Of a stretch of 64,000 bases of DNA, positions 11,745 through 25,255 are shown piece by piece. The translations under genes were made by a program, and so were the position numbers. The DNA comes from Piromyces finnis finn (Eukaryota; Fungi; Neocallimastigomycota): the NCBI GenBank assembly GCA_002104945.1, contig MCFH01000056.1, positions 186,001 through 250,000 on the forward strand, given 5' to 3'. Each line of letters opens with the position of its first letter. Position 1 is the first letter of the stretch. The notes below the pieces were generated by a model, which was not told the origin of the DNA, made no database searches, and saw nothing but the letters and a program-made list of their open reading frames with translations.

Positions 11745-14700
11745 TGTAAAAGGTTTTTTATAATATTAGTTAATAAGTTGCTAATTAGTTAATTAAGTTA
11801 GTTATTACCTCTCTATACGAGTTAATAACTAAATAAAGTTTTATAAAAAATAATAAAAGAAAGAAAATAAATATTATAACACTAAAATAAATATAAACAC
11901 TTATATAAATATTTTATGAAATAACTTTTACTTAAATAATTATATTTTAATTATATCTTTTATTTATTTATTATAATTATCTACATTAATTATTATTATA
12001 GCTATTAATTTACTTTAATACTAACGCTAAAGTATTTAACGTTAGTTTTGACTATACTATTTAACTATATGAGTTTATTTTCTTTACCACTTGATTGGGT
12101 AAAGCAAATAAACTTCCTATTTAATTAATAACCATTAATATATGGTTATACATATATTTGGCCAATAAATGATGACCAGAATATATGGTTTCAATTGAAA
12201 TATTTGTGGGCAAACTTATGGCCACAAATATTTCTTACAATGCCCCCCTAAGGAGAAAACCTAGGTAGGGTTTTGGACACTAACCATGAATTCCTGGTAG
12301 CATTTATCTTGAAATTCCTTGAGTAGCTTATCGTAGTGGGAGTTCTTGTCAATGATATCAGCATCAACCCACTCTTGCCTAAAGTCACTAAAGGTAGCTA
12401 AGTATTGGTAGTTATCCTTCTTTCTTCTGGCATTCATGATTTTGATAATTTTCTGGTAGCCCACTGGTGCAGGTGTTAGTTCTTCAGGTTTGTTATGGTA
12501 TGGTTCAAGTTCACTGATATGAAACACTGGGTAGACGTTGGGGAAAGGTGACTTGCTGATATCCAACCGGTAGTTAAGCTTGCTTTCATCAATTCCAATA
12601 ACCTTGAAAGGACCGTACTTTCTTGCTTGTAGCTTGTAGAAGGGAAGAGGGTTGTAATTTTCTGGTTTTCTTAACCACACCAAATCCAGGAGCCTAATTT
12701 TAGGGTAGTTAAGTTCTCTTCTATGGTCCAAGTGGTCTAAGAACCGTGTTCTTGATATGTCCAGCATGTGCTTTAAGTTACCTAAGTTGTGAGCGAAGCT
12801 ATCTAATATAGGAGCTTCACCAAGTGAGTGGACAAGTTCTGAATCTTGAGGGTTCATATGTACCTGGTAGTTATACAAGGCTAGGAATGGGGACTGCTTA
12901 GTAGAACTGTGCACTGCATTATTATAACAGAACTCAGCTAAGTACAAGTACTTCAACCATTCGTCGTCATCAAAGGTCTTCACAAAGCATCTAAGGTACA
13001 TACTTACGTAGGAATTGTTACGTTCTACCTGACCAACTGTTTCATGATGGCCAGTAGTAGCAAGGTTTACTTCTACGCCAAAGAACCCCATAATGTCCTT
13101 CCACAACTTACTAGTGAACTGGACACCACGATCCGTAGTAACCGATTTGGGACAACCATGTAACTTGAATACATGTTGTAAGTATGCTAAGGCTGTTTCT
13201 TTAGCAGTAGGCATACTCCTAAAACCCACTAAGTGTATCATCTTGGTTAACTTATCGCTACAAACCATGATACAACCTCTTCTAGTGACTTCTGGAGGTT
13301 CTGAGGGACTACTACCTGGTTTTCTGCGTTCCTTAATAGGTAGGTCCGTCAGGAAGTCAATTTCTACTTCTTGCCAAGGTAAGTCTGCAACTTTTACCCT
13401 AGCAGCGCTACCGTACGGCCTGTGTCTGTTGTCCTTTTGGGTACAACATATGGTACAAGCTTTAATATATCCCGCAATGTCATCCTTCATTTTTGGCCAG
13501 TAGTAGTTTCTGGCTATCAGGTCATAAGTTTTATCTTTTCCTAAGTGACCCGCTGTTTCACTATCATGGTTAAGTTTTATGATTGTTTCCCTTAACACCT
13601 TTGGTACATATGTACATTCTGGTGCATCCTTCCTAACAATCAACCCATTAACCATCAACCACTTCTTTTTGATGAGCTTGTGGCCTCTTTTTGCGTCAAG
13701 ACCATCTCTAATTTCCCTAGCAAGCTCATCCGTGTTGTAAGCTTGTTTCAGTTCTCCCACAAAGCTTACTTCTAACACCGTATAGCACTCTTCTTCCACG
13801 GGTGGAAATTCTTTTACCTGTTCAGGTCGAAGGAGGCTAGCTTTTTCCATCTCCAGTTGTACCTGTTCTGGAGATACCATTCTTGATAGGATATCGGCTC
13901 TACCATTCATTTTTCCTGGCCGATATATTATTTCGAAGTTGTATGCAGCAAACAGCTCTTGCCATCTTGCCTGTCTTGCTGTCAACAACTGTGGTTTGGT
14001 GGCGAACAGGAGATTCCTATGGTCACTATATACTAGGACCTTATGTTTCGCACCCATTAACAGGTGTCGCCACTCGATGAAAGCATTCCTAATAGCCAAC
14101 AACTCCTTTTCCGTGATGGAGTAGTTGATTTCTGCTTTCGTAAGCTTCTTGGAATAGTAATACACAGGATGTAGTTCATTGTCATCGCCTAGTTGTGACA
14201 ATACACCACCCACTGCGTAGTTACTAGCGTCGCACTCCACTATGAACTGACGGTCATGGTCAGGATATGCTAATACTGGTGGAGACAACAGCATTTCTTT
14301 TAACTTCTCGAACGCCTGAATGCGTTCTTCATTCCACAGGAACTGTACCTTTTTGGACGTCATAGCATATAACGGCCTTGCTATCTTAGAGAAGTCCTTT
14401 ATAAACTTCCTATAATAGTTGCAGAATCCGAGGAATGACTGTAGTTCTTTGAGGTTGGTTGGTTGTGGCCAACTTGCTACAGCTTTTAACTTCTCTGGGT
14501 CGGTTTTAATACCATATTTTCCAACTACATGACCCAGGAATGCAAGTTCTTCCTTTTGGAACTCACACTTCGCTAATTTAGCTACTAGACGATTATCTAT
14601 TAGCTTTTGTAGGACTCTTTTTACGTGCCCTACATGCTCTTCAAGTGACTTGGAGTAGATGATGATATCATCCAAGTACACTTGACAGCAGTCATTGATT

Positions 14701-17700
14701 TCCTCTGCCAGCACAGTATTAATGAACCCTTGGAACGTGGCAGGAGCATTAGTCAACCCAAATGGCATCACTAGATATTCATAATGCCCAAACTTGGTTG
14801 AGAATGCCGTCTTGTATTCGTCACCTTCACGAATACGCACGAGGTTGTAGGCAGACTTCAAATCCAACTTGGAGAAGATAGTCGCGCCTTTCATAGCTTC
14901 AAACACTTGACTGATGAGTGGTAAGGGGAAGGAGTTACGCACTGTTACCTTATTAAGACGCCTATAGTCAGTACATAATCGTCTTTCACCACTCTTTTTG
15001 GGCACGAATAACACAGGATAACCTGCAGGACTCTCTGACTTCCTGATGAAGCCCTTTGCCAGGTTTTCCTCTATTTATTCCTTCAATGCTTTTTCCTCTT
15101 CTGGATTGAAGGGATATATAGGCCCTTTATGGAGACTAGCATCCGGCTCCAGGTCGATCTTACAGTCGTAAGGACGGTGTTCTGGTAGCTGGTTAGCTAT
15201 CTCTTCATTAAATGCTTCTTTGAAATTGTGGTAGTACTTCTCCACGATTTCTTCAGGTTTGGGTTGATTTTCGTTTAAGTTTTCTTCCTGTACCAACCCT
15301 ACGTAAATGTGATTTTTCTCTAAGTTCGACTCTTGTACCAACCCTAATGAAACACAAGTTTTCTCTAAGTTGGATTCAAATGTCAACCCTCCGGAATCAC
15401 ATTTTTCTCTAAGTCAACACTCTGTACCAACCCTAGTGAAACGGGATTTTTCTCTAAGTCAGAACTTCGTGTCAACCCTCCGGAAACACATTTTTTCTCT
15501 AAGTTAGCACTCTGTACCAACCCTACTGAAACGGGATTTTTCTCTAAGTTGGAACTCGATGCCAACCCTCCGGAACTTCCGTTTCTGGTTTCCTTTGTAG
15601 CCTTGTGGCTACCATTACCCACGATTTCGGCTTCTATGTTTTCCGCAGTTACAGTTACCAGAGGCCTTCTTGCTTTTGCATTAGTAACTGTAGTTATGGG
15701 ACTTAATTGAGTACAGTAGTAGATATCGCCACCATTTACACCATAACTGTTGGTATGTCCTTTATCCTTATCATTATCTACCACGAAGTACCTCACTTGT
15801 GCATCTTTATCATAACCTCTGTAGATAAAGTGCTCATCCATGAAGCCCAGTCCCACAATGATCATCTCCGGCATGTTGTCGGATAGGTGACAACTTGTGT
15901 TGAAGCAGTATGGTTTAGCTTCTTGTTCGCCAGATGGAGTTAACCATAACTTCAACTGCAAGTCATCTGAGAACTGCTTTAACTCGATATCTCCATTCAC
16001 AGTTCTGAATATGGCTGGTTTGTCCACTACCTTTAACCCGAGCTTCTTTGCTAAATTTGGGTGGATGAGGTTTGTAGTGGAACCAGTATCATACAAGACT
16101 TCTACCCTTTTTATGTCTCGAGGGTTGCTTCTTGCATTTATTTCAGCTACTAGTTGGTTCTGACTGTAGTAACTGTTATTGACCGTCGTTTGACTTGCCA
16201 TAGCCTTAGGTAATGGGTTATTTCCCATACTAGAAGGTCCTTGCCTTGGTTGGAAGCTAGAACTTCTTCTAAAGCTTGACTTATTTAAGGATTCACGACG
16301 TTCTTTAGTACCGTTATTGTTTTTTGCGTAAGCCTGAGTGTTGGTCTGCTCAACTTTAGGCTTATTATTTGGCTTGTTGTTCTTCTGCTTCAACTCAGCC
16401 CATCTAGATGGCCTACATGGGTCTGTAATGTCCAACAATGCCATAATAGTGGTCTGGCGGTCTCTTTTGTCGTACTTTTCTATGGTTTCATTACGGAAGA
16501 CTGCTTGGTGATCATCGCACTTTAACAAGACTTCACTTAATGTTTCCAGCGTACGTTCCTGTTCAGGGATATCATAGAACGCTTCCCTGACAGAAGGCCT
16601 GACCTGTTGTATTAACACCTGTCTCCTAACATTTTCAGGGAGCCCAAGTGTTTCCGTCAATTCATTGAACTCTTCCAAGTAATCGTATGCTTTTCCCCAC
16701 TCATGTGTGAGCTTAAGCAACTTTGACTTGCAGAGTTCATGGGGAGACTCTGGTGGAAACTTATCTTGAAGGTGGAGGAATAGTCTTTCAGCATCAGGAT
16801 TCCTACGCTGCAACATCCTCTCTCTAAGTCTATACCATCTCAATACTTTCCCACCTAGATGATCTTCAATGAAGCTAACCTTTGCCTTTTCGTCGTTACC
16901 ATAGTCATATGGGTAACGTTTGAAATGACGTAAGCACTTCTCTTGAAAACCCTCTAAGTCTATCCCATTATTATCAAACATAGGCACTTTTTCTTCATAC
17001 CTATGTACTCGCCAGTCGAACATCTTCACATCCCCATCCTCGGAGTATTCCGTAGGGTTGGTGCTGCTACTAGTTCCAGCACCATGAGGATTACCCATAC
17101 CACCGGTTTGATAGGATGTTCTTTCATGAGCTCTGGCTTCAGCTCTTCTGTTCATGGCTTCGACTTTAGCCTCGAACAATTTTTCTCTTTCTTCTAGAGC
17201 GTTTCGTTGCTCCCTCAATCTGGCCATCTCTTCTTCAAGCTCTTTTTTATAAGAGACAAAGGCACTAGATTGACGGTACAACGTTTCTTGGTTGTTTAGC
17301 ACTTGCTGATGGTCTTGTAACCTTTCCTCATGTTCTGCAGTAAAGGCATTTTCCACAGCATGCAGCTCCTCCAAGCTAACTTGGCTAGCTGACTCATTTG
17401 CTTCCAACCTTTGATCCACTTCAACAAATTTTTGCTGAAGAGCATCGTTTATCTCGCTCTTGTAAACCTCAATACCCCGAAGTTGTTCTTCCATAGCACC
17501 CAGACGGTTTCCCATACTAGCAAACTGGCTAGATATTTCCGAAACCCATCTATTAAGAAGAACTTCAATGTGTTGCATTGGGTTTACCTCACTATTACTA
17601 GTAAAAAAGAAAGAAGGATCAACAGGGGCGGGCATAGAATCCCCCTGTTGAACCTGTAAATTCTGATTAGATTCGACCTCAGTGCTTTCGAGAAGCACCG

Positions 17701-18679
17701 GGGTTCGAACCCGTGACATTCCCTCTACACCATCCATGCCATCCGCGCTCGCCGCGTCAGGACGGGTCCCGTCCCTTACGAATGATGTTTTTGTGTCCAA
17801 TTTATGGACACCCCGAGGGTTAGGTGACTTACCTGTGTTTTTCATTTCTAGCTCAAAAATAAATTCTTTTAATAAATTAAAGAATTTATTATATAAAATA
17901 TGGTTATAATGAATTTTAAAATTTAAAAATAATGAATTTTTTATTGCTAAACTATTAAAAATAATTATTTTTAATAATAAATTTACTTCTTTTAAATATA
18001 ATATTTGAATATTATATAAAATATTGTAAATAATTATTATTAAACAATAATTTAAATAAAATAAAATATGTTTTTTAAGAACTTTTAATAACACTAACCT
18101 AATTAAAACTAAGCTAACGTAAGAACTAACTATAAAGCGTTAGTATTGTAAAAGGTTTCTTATAATATTAGTTAATAGGTTATTAATTAGTTAATTTAGT
18201 TATTACCTCTCTATACGAGTTAATAACTAAATAAAGTTTTATAAGAAATAATAAAAGAAAGAAAATAAATATTATAACACGAAAATAAATATAAACACTT
18301 ATATAAATATTTTATGAAATAATTTTACTTAAATAATTATATTTTAATTATATCTTTTATTTATTAATTATAATTATCTACATTAATTATTATTATAGTT
18401 ATTAATTTACTTTAATACTAACGCTAAAGTATTTAACGTTGGTTTTGACTATACTATTTAACTATACGAGTTTATTTTCTTTACCACTTGATTGGGTAAA
18501 GCAAATAAACTTCCTATTTAATTAATAACCATTAATATATGGTTATGCATATATTTGGCCAATAAATGGTGACCAGAATATATGGTTTCAATTGAAATAT
18601 TTGTGGGCCAAATTTATAATAATGATTTAGTTTAGTTAGTGTATACAAAACCTAACTTAAGAATTAGGAATATTTTACA
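11745..18679 (-). mobile_element. Ty3/gypsy chromovirus-like E2, copy 1
   Basis: 3' LTR 11745-12239, G-rich PPT just before it, gag-pol, PBS 18136-18146, 5' LTR from 18147. Its outer ~70 nt are garbled, so the end coordinate is approximate. Confidence 0.95.
12261..17845 (-). pseudogene. E2 copy 1 gag-pol (one frameshift near 15400, one nonsense codon at 15075-15077)
   Basis: ATG at 17845, protease YDTGS, RT YLDD, RNase H, integrase HHCC and DDE, GPF motif, degenerate chromodomain (YQYLATFSDFRQEWV). The TAA corresponds to TAT in copy 2. Confidence 0.9.
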
Positions 18680-18684
18680 AGTAA

Positions 18685-21600
18685 ATAAAAATATTTGTGC
18701 ACATAAGTTTGACCCACAAATATTTCAATTGAAAACCATATATATTTTGGTCACCAATTTATATTGCCAGATATATGAAACCATATATTAATGGTTATTA
18801 ATTAAATAGGAAGTTTATTTGCTTTACCCAATCAAGTGGTAAAGAAAATAAACTACATATAGTTAAATAGTATAGTTGAAACTAACGTTAAATACTTAGC
18901 GTTAGTATTAAGTAATTAATAACTATAATAATAATTAATTAATAATTATAATTAATAAATAAAGATAATAATTATAATAATTATTTAAGTAAAAATATTT
19001 CATAAATATTATTTGTTTATATTTATTTTGTGTTATAATATTTATTTTATTCTTTATTATTTTATAAAACTTTATTTAGTATTAACTCGTATAGAAGGTA
19101 ATAACTAACTTAATTAACTATATAATAACTTATTAACTAATATTATAAAAAACCTTTTACAATACTAACGCTTATAGTTAGTTCTTACGTTAGCTAGTTT
19201 TAATTAGGTTATTTATTAAAAGTTCTTAAAAAACATATTTTATTTTATTTAAATTATTGTTTAATAATAATTATTTACAATATTTATATAATATTCAAAT
19301 ATTATATTTAAAAGAAGTAAATTTATTATTAAAAATAATTATTTTTAATAGTTTAGAATAAAAAATTCATTATTTTAAATTTTAAAATTCATTAAACATA
19401 TTTTATATAATAAATTCTTTAATTTATTAAAAGAATTTATTTTGAATTAGAAATGAAAAAACAGGTAAGTCCCTAACCCTCGGGTGTCCATAAATTGGAC
19501 ACAAAAACATCATTCGTAAGGGACGGGACCCGTCCTGACGCGGCGAGCGCGGATGGCATGGATGGTGTAGAGGGAATGTCACGGGTTCGAACCCCGGTGC
19601 TTCTCGAAAGCACTGAGGTCGAATCTAATCAGAATTTACAGGTTCAACAGGGGGATTCTATGCCCGCCCCTGTTGATCCTTCTTTCTTTTTTACTAATAA
19701 TAGTGAGGTAAACCCAATGCAACACATTGAAGTTCTTCTTAATAGATGGGTTTCGGAAATATCTAGCCAGTTTGCTAGTATGGGAAACCGTCTGGGTGCT
19801 ATGGAAGAACAACTTCGGGGTATTGAGGTTTACAAGAGCGAGATAAACGATGCTTTCAGCAAAAATTTGTTGAAGTGGATCAAAGGTTGGAAGCAAATGA
19901 GTCAGCTAGCCAAGTTAGCTTGGAAGAGCTGCATGCTGTGGAAAATGCCTTTACTGCAGAACATGAGGAAAGGTTACAAGACCACCAGCAAGTGTTAAAC
20001 AACCAAGAAACGTTGTACCGCCAATCTAGTGCCTTTGTCTCTTATAAAAAAGAGCTTGAAGAAGAGATGGCCAGATTGAGGGAGCAACGAAACGCTCTAG
20101 AAGAAAGAGAAAAATTGTTCGAGGCTAAAGTCGAAGCCATGAACAGAAGAGCTGAAGCCAGAGCTCAAGAAAGAACATCCTATCAAACCGGTGGTATGGG
20201 TAATCCCTCATGGTGCTGGAACTAGTAGCAGCACCAACCCTACGGAATACTCCGAGGATGGGGACGTGAAGATGTTCGACTGGCGAGTACATAGGTATGA
20301 AGTAAAAGTGCCTATGTTTGATAACAATGGGATAGATTTAGAGGGTTTTCAGGAGAAGTGCTTACGTCATTTCAAACGTTACCCATATGACTATGGTAAC
20401 GACGAAAAGGCAAAGGTTAGCTTCATTGAAGATCATCTAGGTGGGAAAGTATTGAGATGGTATAGACTCAGAGAGAGGATGTTGCAGCGTAGGAATCCTG
20501 ATGCTGAAAGACTATTCCTCCACCTTCAAGATAAGTTTCCACCAGAGTCTCCCCATGAACTCTGCAAGTCAAAGTTGCTTAAGCTCACACATGAGTGGGG
20601 AAAAGCATACGATTACTTGGAAGAGTTCAATGAATTGACGGAAACACTTGGGCTCCCTGAAAATGTTAGGAGACAGGTGTTAATACAACAGGTCAGGCCT
20701 TCTGTCCGGGAAGCGTTCTATGATATCCCTGAACAGGAACGTACGCTGGAAACATTAAGTGAAGTCTTGTTAAAGTGCGATGATCACCAAGCAGTCTTCC
20801 GTAATGAAACCATAGAAAAGTACGACAAAAGAGACCGCCAGACCACTATTATGGCATTGTTGGACATTACAGACCCATGTAGGCCATCTAGATGGGCTGA
20901 GTTGAAAGCAGAAGAACAACAAGCCAAATAATAAGCCTAAAGTTGAGCAGACCAACACTCAGGCTTACGCAAAAAACAATAACGGTACTAAAGAGCGTCG
21001 TGAATCCTTAAATAAGTCAAGCTTTAGAAGAAGTTCTAGCTTCCAACCAAAGGCAAGGACCTTCTAGTATGGGAAATAACCCATTACCTAAGGCTATGGC
21101 AAGTCAAACGACGGTCAATAACAGTTACTACAGTCAGAACCAACTAGTAGCTGAAATAAATGCAAGAAGCAACCCTCGAGATATAAAAAGGGTAGAAGTC
21201 TTGTATGATACTGGTTCCACTACAAACCTCATCCACCCAAATTTAGCAAAGAAGCTCGGGTTAAAGGTAGTGGATAAACCAGCCATATTCAGAACTGTGA
21301 ATGGAGATATCGAGTTAAAGCAGTTCTCAGATGACTTGCAGTTGAAGTTATGGTTAACTCCATCTGGCGAACAAGAAGCTAAACCATACTGCTTCAACAC
21401 AAGTTGTCACCTATCCGACAACATGCCGGAGATGATCATTGTGGGACTGGGCTTCATGGATGAGCACTTTATCTACAGAGGATATGATAAAGATGCACAA
21501 GTGAGTACTTCGTAGTAGATAATGATAAGGATAAAGGACATACCAACAGTTATGGTGTAAATGGTGGCGACATCTACTACTGTACTCAATTAAGTCCCAT

Positions 21601-24600
21601 AACTACAGTTACTAATGCAAAAGCAAGAAGGCCTCTGGTAACTGTAACTGCGGAAAACATAGAAGCCGAAATCGTGGGTAATGGTAGCCACAAGGCTACA
21701 AAGAAACCAGAAACGGAAGTTCCGGAGGGTTGGCATCGAGTTCCAACTTAGAGAAAACTTGTGTTTCAGTAGGGTTGGTACAGAGTGCTAACTTAGAGAA
21801 AAAATGTGTTTCCGGAGGGTTGACACGAAGTTCTGACTTAGAGAAAAATCCCGTTTCAGTAGGGTTGGTACAGAGTGTTGACTTAGAGAAAAAATGTGAT
21901 TCCGGAGGGTTGGCATTTGAATCCAACTTAGAGAAAACTTGTGTTTCAGTAGGGTTGGTACAAGAGTCGAACTTAGAGAAAAATCACATTTACGTAGGGT
22001 TGGTACAGGAAGAAAACTTAAACGAAAATCAACCTACACCTGAGGAAATCGTGGAGAAGTACTACCACAATTTCAAAGAAGCATTTAATGAAGAAATAGC
22101 CAACCAGCTACCAGAACACCGTCCTTACGACTGTAAGATCGACCTGGAGCCGGATGCTAGTCTTCATAAAGGGCCTATATATCCCTTCAATCCCGAAGAG
22201 GAAAAAGCACTGAAGGAATATATAGAGGAAAACCTGGCAAAGGGCTTCATCAGGAAGTCAGAGAGTCCTGCAGGTTATCCTGTGTTATTCGTGCCCAAAA
22301 AGAGTGGTGAAAGACAATTATGTACTGACTATAGGCGTCTTAATAAGGTAACAGTGCGTAACTCCTTTCCCTTACCACTCATCAGTCAAGTGTTCGAGGC
22401 TATGAAAGGCGCGACTATCTTCTCCAAGTTGGATTTGAAGTCTGCTTACAACCTCGTGCGTATTCGTGAAGGTGACGAATACAAGACGGCATTCTCAACC
22501 AAGTTTGGGCATTACGAATATCTAGTGATGCCATTTGGGTTGACTAATGCACCTGCCACGTTCCAAGGGTTCATTAATACGGTGCTGGCAGAGGAAATCA
22601 ATGACTGCTGTCAAGTGTACTTGGATGATATCATCATCTACTCCAAGTCACTTGAAGAGCATGTAAGGCATGTAAAAAGAGTCCTACAAAAGCTAATAGA
22701 TAATCGTCTAGTAGCTAAGTTAGCGAAGTGTGAGTTCCACAAGGAAGAACTTGCATTCCTGGGTCATGTAGTTGGAAAATATGGTATTAAAACCGACCCA
22801 GAGAAGTTAAAAGCTGTTGCAAGTTGGCCACAACCAACCAACCTCAAAGAACTACAGTCATTCCTTGGATTCTGCAACTATTATAGGAAGTTTATAAAGG
22901 ACTTCTCTAAGATAGCAAGGCCGTTATATGCTATGACGTCCAAAAAGGTACAGTTCCTGTGGAATGAAGAACGCATCCAGGCGTTCGAGAAGTTAAAAGA
23001 AATGCTGTTGTCTCCACCAGTATTAGCATATCCTGATCATGACCGTCAGTTTATAGTGGAGTGCGACGCTAGTAACTACGCGGTGGGTGGTGTATTATCA
23101 CAACTAGGCGATGATAATGAACTACACCCTGTGTATTACTATTCCAAGAAGCTTACGAAAGCAGAAATCAACTACTCCATCACTGAAAAGGAGTTGTTGG
23201 CTATTAGGAATGCTTTCATCGAGTGGCGACACCTGTTGATGGGTGCGAAACATAAGGTCCTAGTATATAGTGACCATAGGAATCTCCTGTTCGCCACAAA
23301 ACCACAGTTGTTGACAGCAAGACAGGCAAGATGGCAAGAGCTGTTTGCTGCATACAACTTCGAAATAATATATCGGCCAGGAAAAATGAATGGTAGAGCC
23401 GATATCCTATCAAGAATGGTATCTCCAGAACAGGTACAACTGGAGATGGAAAAAGCTAGCCTCCTTCGACCAGAACAGGTAAAAGAATTTCCACCCGTGG
23501 AAGAAGAGTGCTATGCGGTGTTAGAAGTAAGCTTCGTGGGAGAATTGAAACAAGCTTACAACACGGATGAGCTTGCTAGGGAAATTAGAGATGGTCTTGA
23601 CGCAAAAAGAGGCCACAAGCTCATCAAAAAGAAGTGATTGATGGTTAATGGGTTGATTGTTAGAAAGGATGCACCAGAACGTACATATGTACCAAAGGTG
23701 TTAAGGGAAACAATCATAAAACTTAACCATGATAGTGAAACAGCGGGTCACTTAGGAAAGGATAAGACTTACGACCTGATAGCCAGAAACTATTACTGGC
23801 CAAAAATGAAGGATGACATTGCGGGTTATATTAAAGCTTGCACCATATGTTGTACCCAAAAGGACAACAGACACAAGCCGTACGGTAGCGCTGCTAGGGT
23901 AAAAGTTGCAGACTTACCTTGGCAAGAAGTAGAAATTGACTTCCTGACGGACCTACCTATTAAGGAACGCAGAAAACCAGGTAGTAGTCCCTCAGAACCC
24001 CCAGAAGTCACTAGAAGAGGTTGTATCATGGTTTGTAGCGATAAGTTAACCAAAATGATACACTTAGTGGGATTTAGGAGTATGCCTACTGCTAAAGAAA
24101 CAGCCTTAGCATACTTACAACATGTATTCAAGTTACATGGTTGTCCCAAATCGGTTACTACGGATCGTGGTGTCCAGTTCACTAGTAAGTTGTGGAAGGA
24201 CATTATGGGGTTCTTTGGCGTAGAAGTAAACCTTGCTACTACTGGCCATCATGAAACAGTTGGTCAGGTTGAACGTAACAACTCCTACGTAAGTATGTAC
24301 CTTAGATGCTTTGTGAAGACCTTTGATGATGACGAATGGTTGAAGTACTTGTACTTAGCTGAGTTCTGTTATAATAATGCAGTGCACAGTTCTACCAAGT
24401 AGTCCCCATTCCTAGCCTTGTATAACTACCAGGTACATATGAACCCTCAAGACTCAGAACTTGTCCACTCACTTGGCGAAGCTCCTATATTAGATAGCTT
24501 CGCTCACAACTTAGGTAACTTAAAGCACATGCTGGACATATCAAGAACACGGTTCTTAGACCACTTGGACCATAGAAGAGAACTTAACTACCCTAAAATT

Positions 24601-25246
24601 AGGCTCATGGATTTGGTGTGGTTAAGAAAACCAGAAAATTACAACCCTCTTCCCTTCTACAAGCTACAAGCAAGAAAGTACGGTCCCTTCAAGGTTATTG
24701 GAATTGATGAAAGCAAGCTTAACTACCGGTTGATATCAGTAAGTCACCTTTCCCCAACGTCTACCCAGTGTTTCATATCAGTGAACTTGAACCCTACCAT
24801 AACAAACCTGAAGAACTAACACCTGCACCAATGGGGTACCAGAAAATCATCAAAATCATGAATGCCAGAAGAAAGAAGGATAACTACCAATACTTAGCTA
24901 CCTTTAGTGACTTTAGGCAAGAGTGGGTTGATGCTGATATCATTGACAAGAACTCCCACTATGATAAGCTACTCAAGGAATTTCAAGATAAATGCTACCA
25001 GGAATTCATGGTTAGTGTCCAAAACCCTGCTTAGGTTTTCTCCTTAGGGGGGCATTGTAAGAAATATTTGTGGCCATAAGTTTGCCCACAAATATTTCAA
25101 TTGAAACCATATATTCTGGTCACCATTTATTGGCCAGATATATGTATAACCATATATTAATGGTTATTAATTAAATATGAAGTTTATTTACTTTACCCAA
25201 TCAAGTGGTAAAGAAAATAAACTAATATATATAAAAACCTTTTACA
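18685..25246 (+). mobile_element. E2 copy 2, back-to-back with copy 1
   Basis: 5' LTR ends 19161 (start approximate), PBS 19162-19172, PPT GGGGGG before 25056, 3' LTR 25056-25246 with ~300 bp deleted internally. Confidence 0.93.
19453..25034 (+). pseudogene. E2 copy 2 gag-pol, multiply frameshifted
   Basis: ORF fragments 19495..25034 tile the same polyprotein as 12261..17845. Most breaks are single-base indels, some of which may be sequencing errors. Confidence 0.9.
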
Positions 25247-25255
25247 GTATGTGTA

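Noticed and set aside
13093-14124. Antisense ORFs over pol (also 2815..3063, 5433..5633, 15897..16163, 23826..24203 and similar)
   Set aside because: They are shadows of GC-richer coding strands with no motifs. Their recurrence only reflects duplicated elements.
17846-18094. N-terminal extension of ORF 15383..18094
   Set aside because: AT-rich leader read from a non-ATG start. The copy 2 leader has indels here, and the plausible ATG is at 17845.
18610-18700. Missed sequencing adapter as the cause of the inverted duplication
   Set aside because: No adapter-like sequence is visible, the arms differ by substitutions, and the outer flanks differ. It is not fully excluded without reads.
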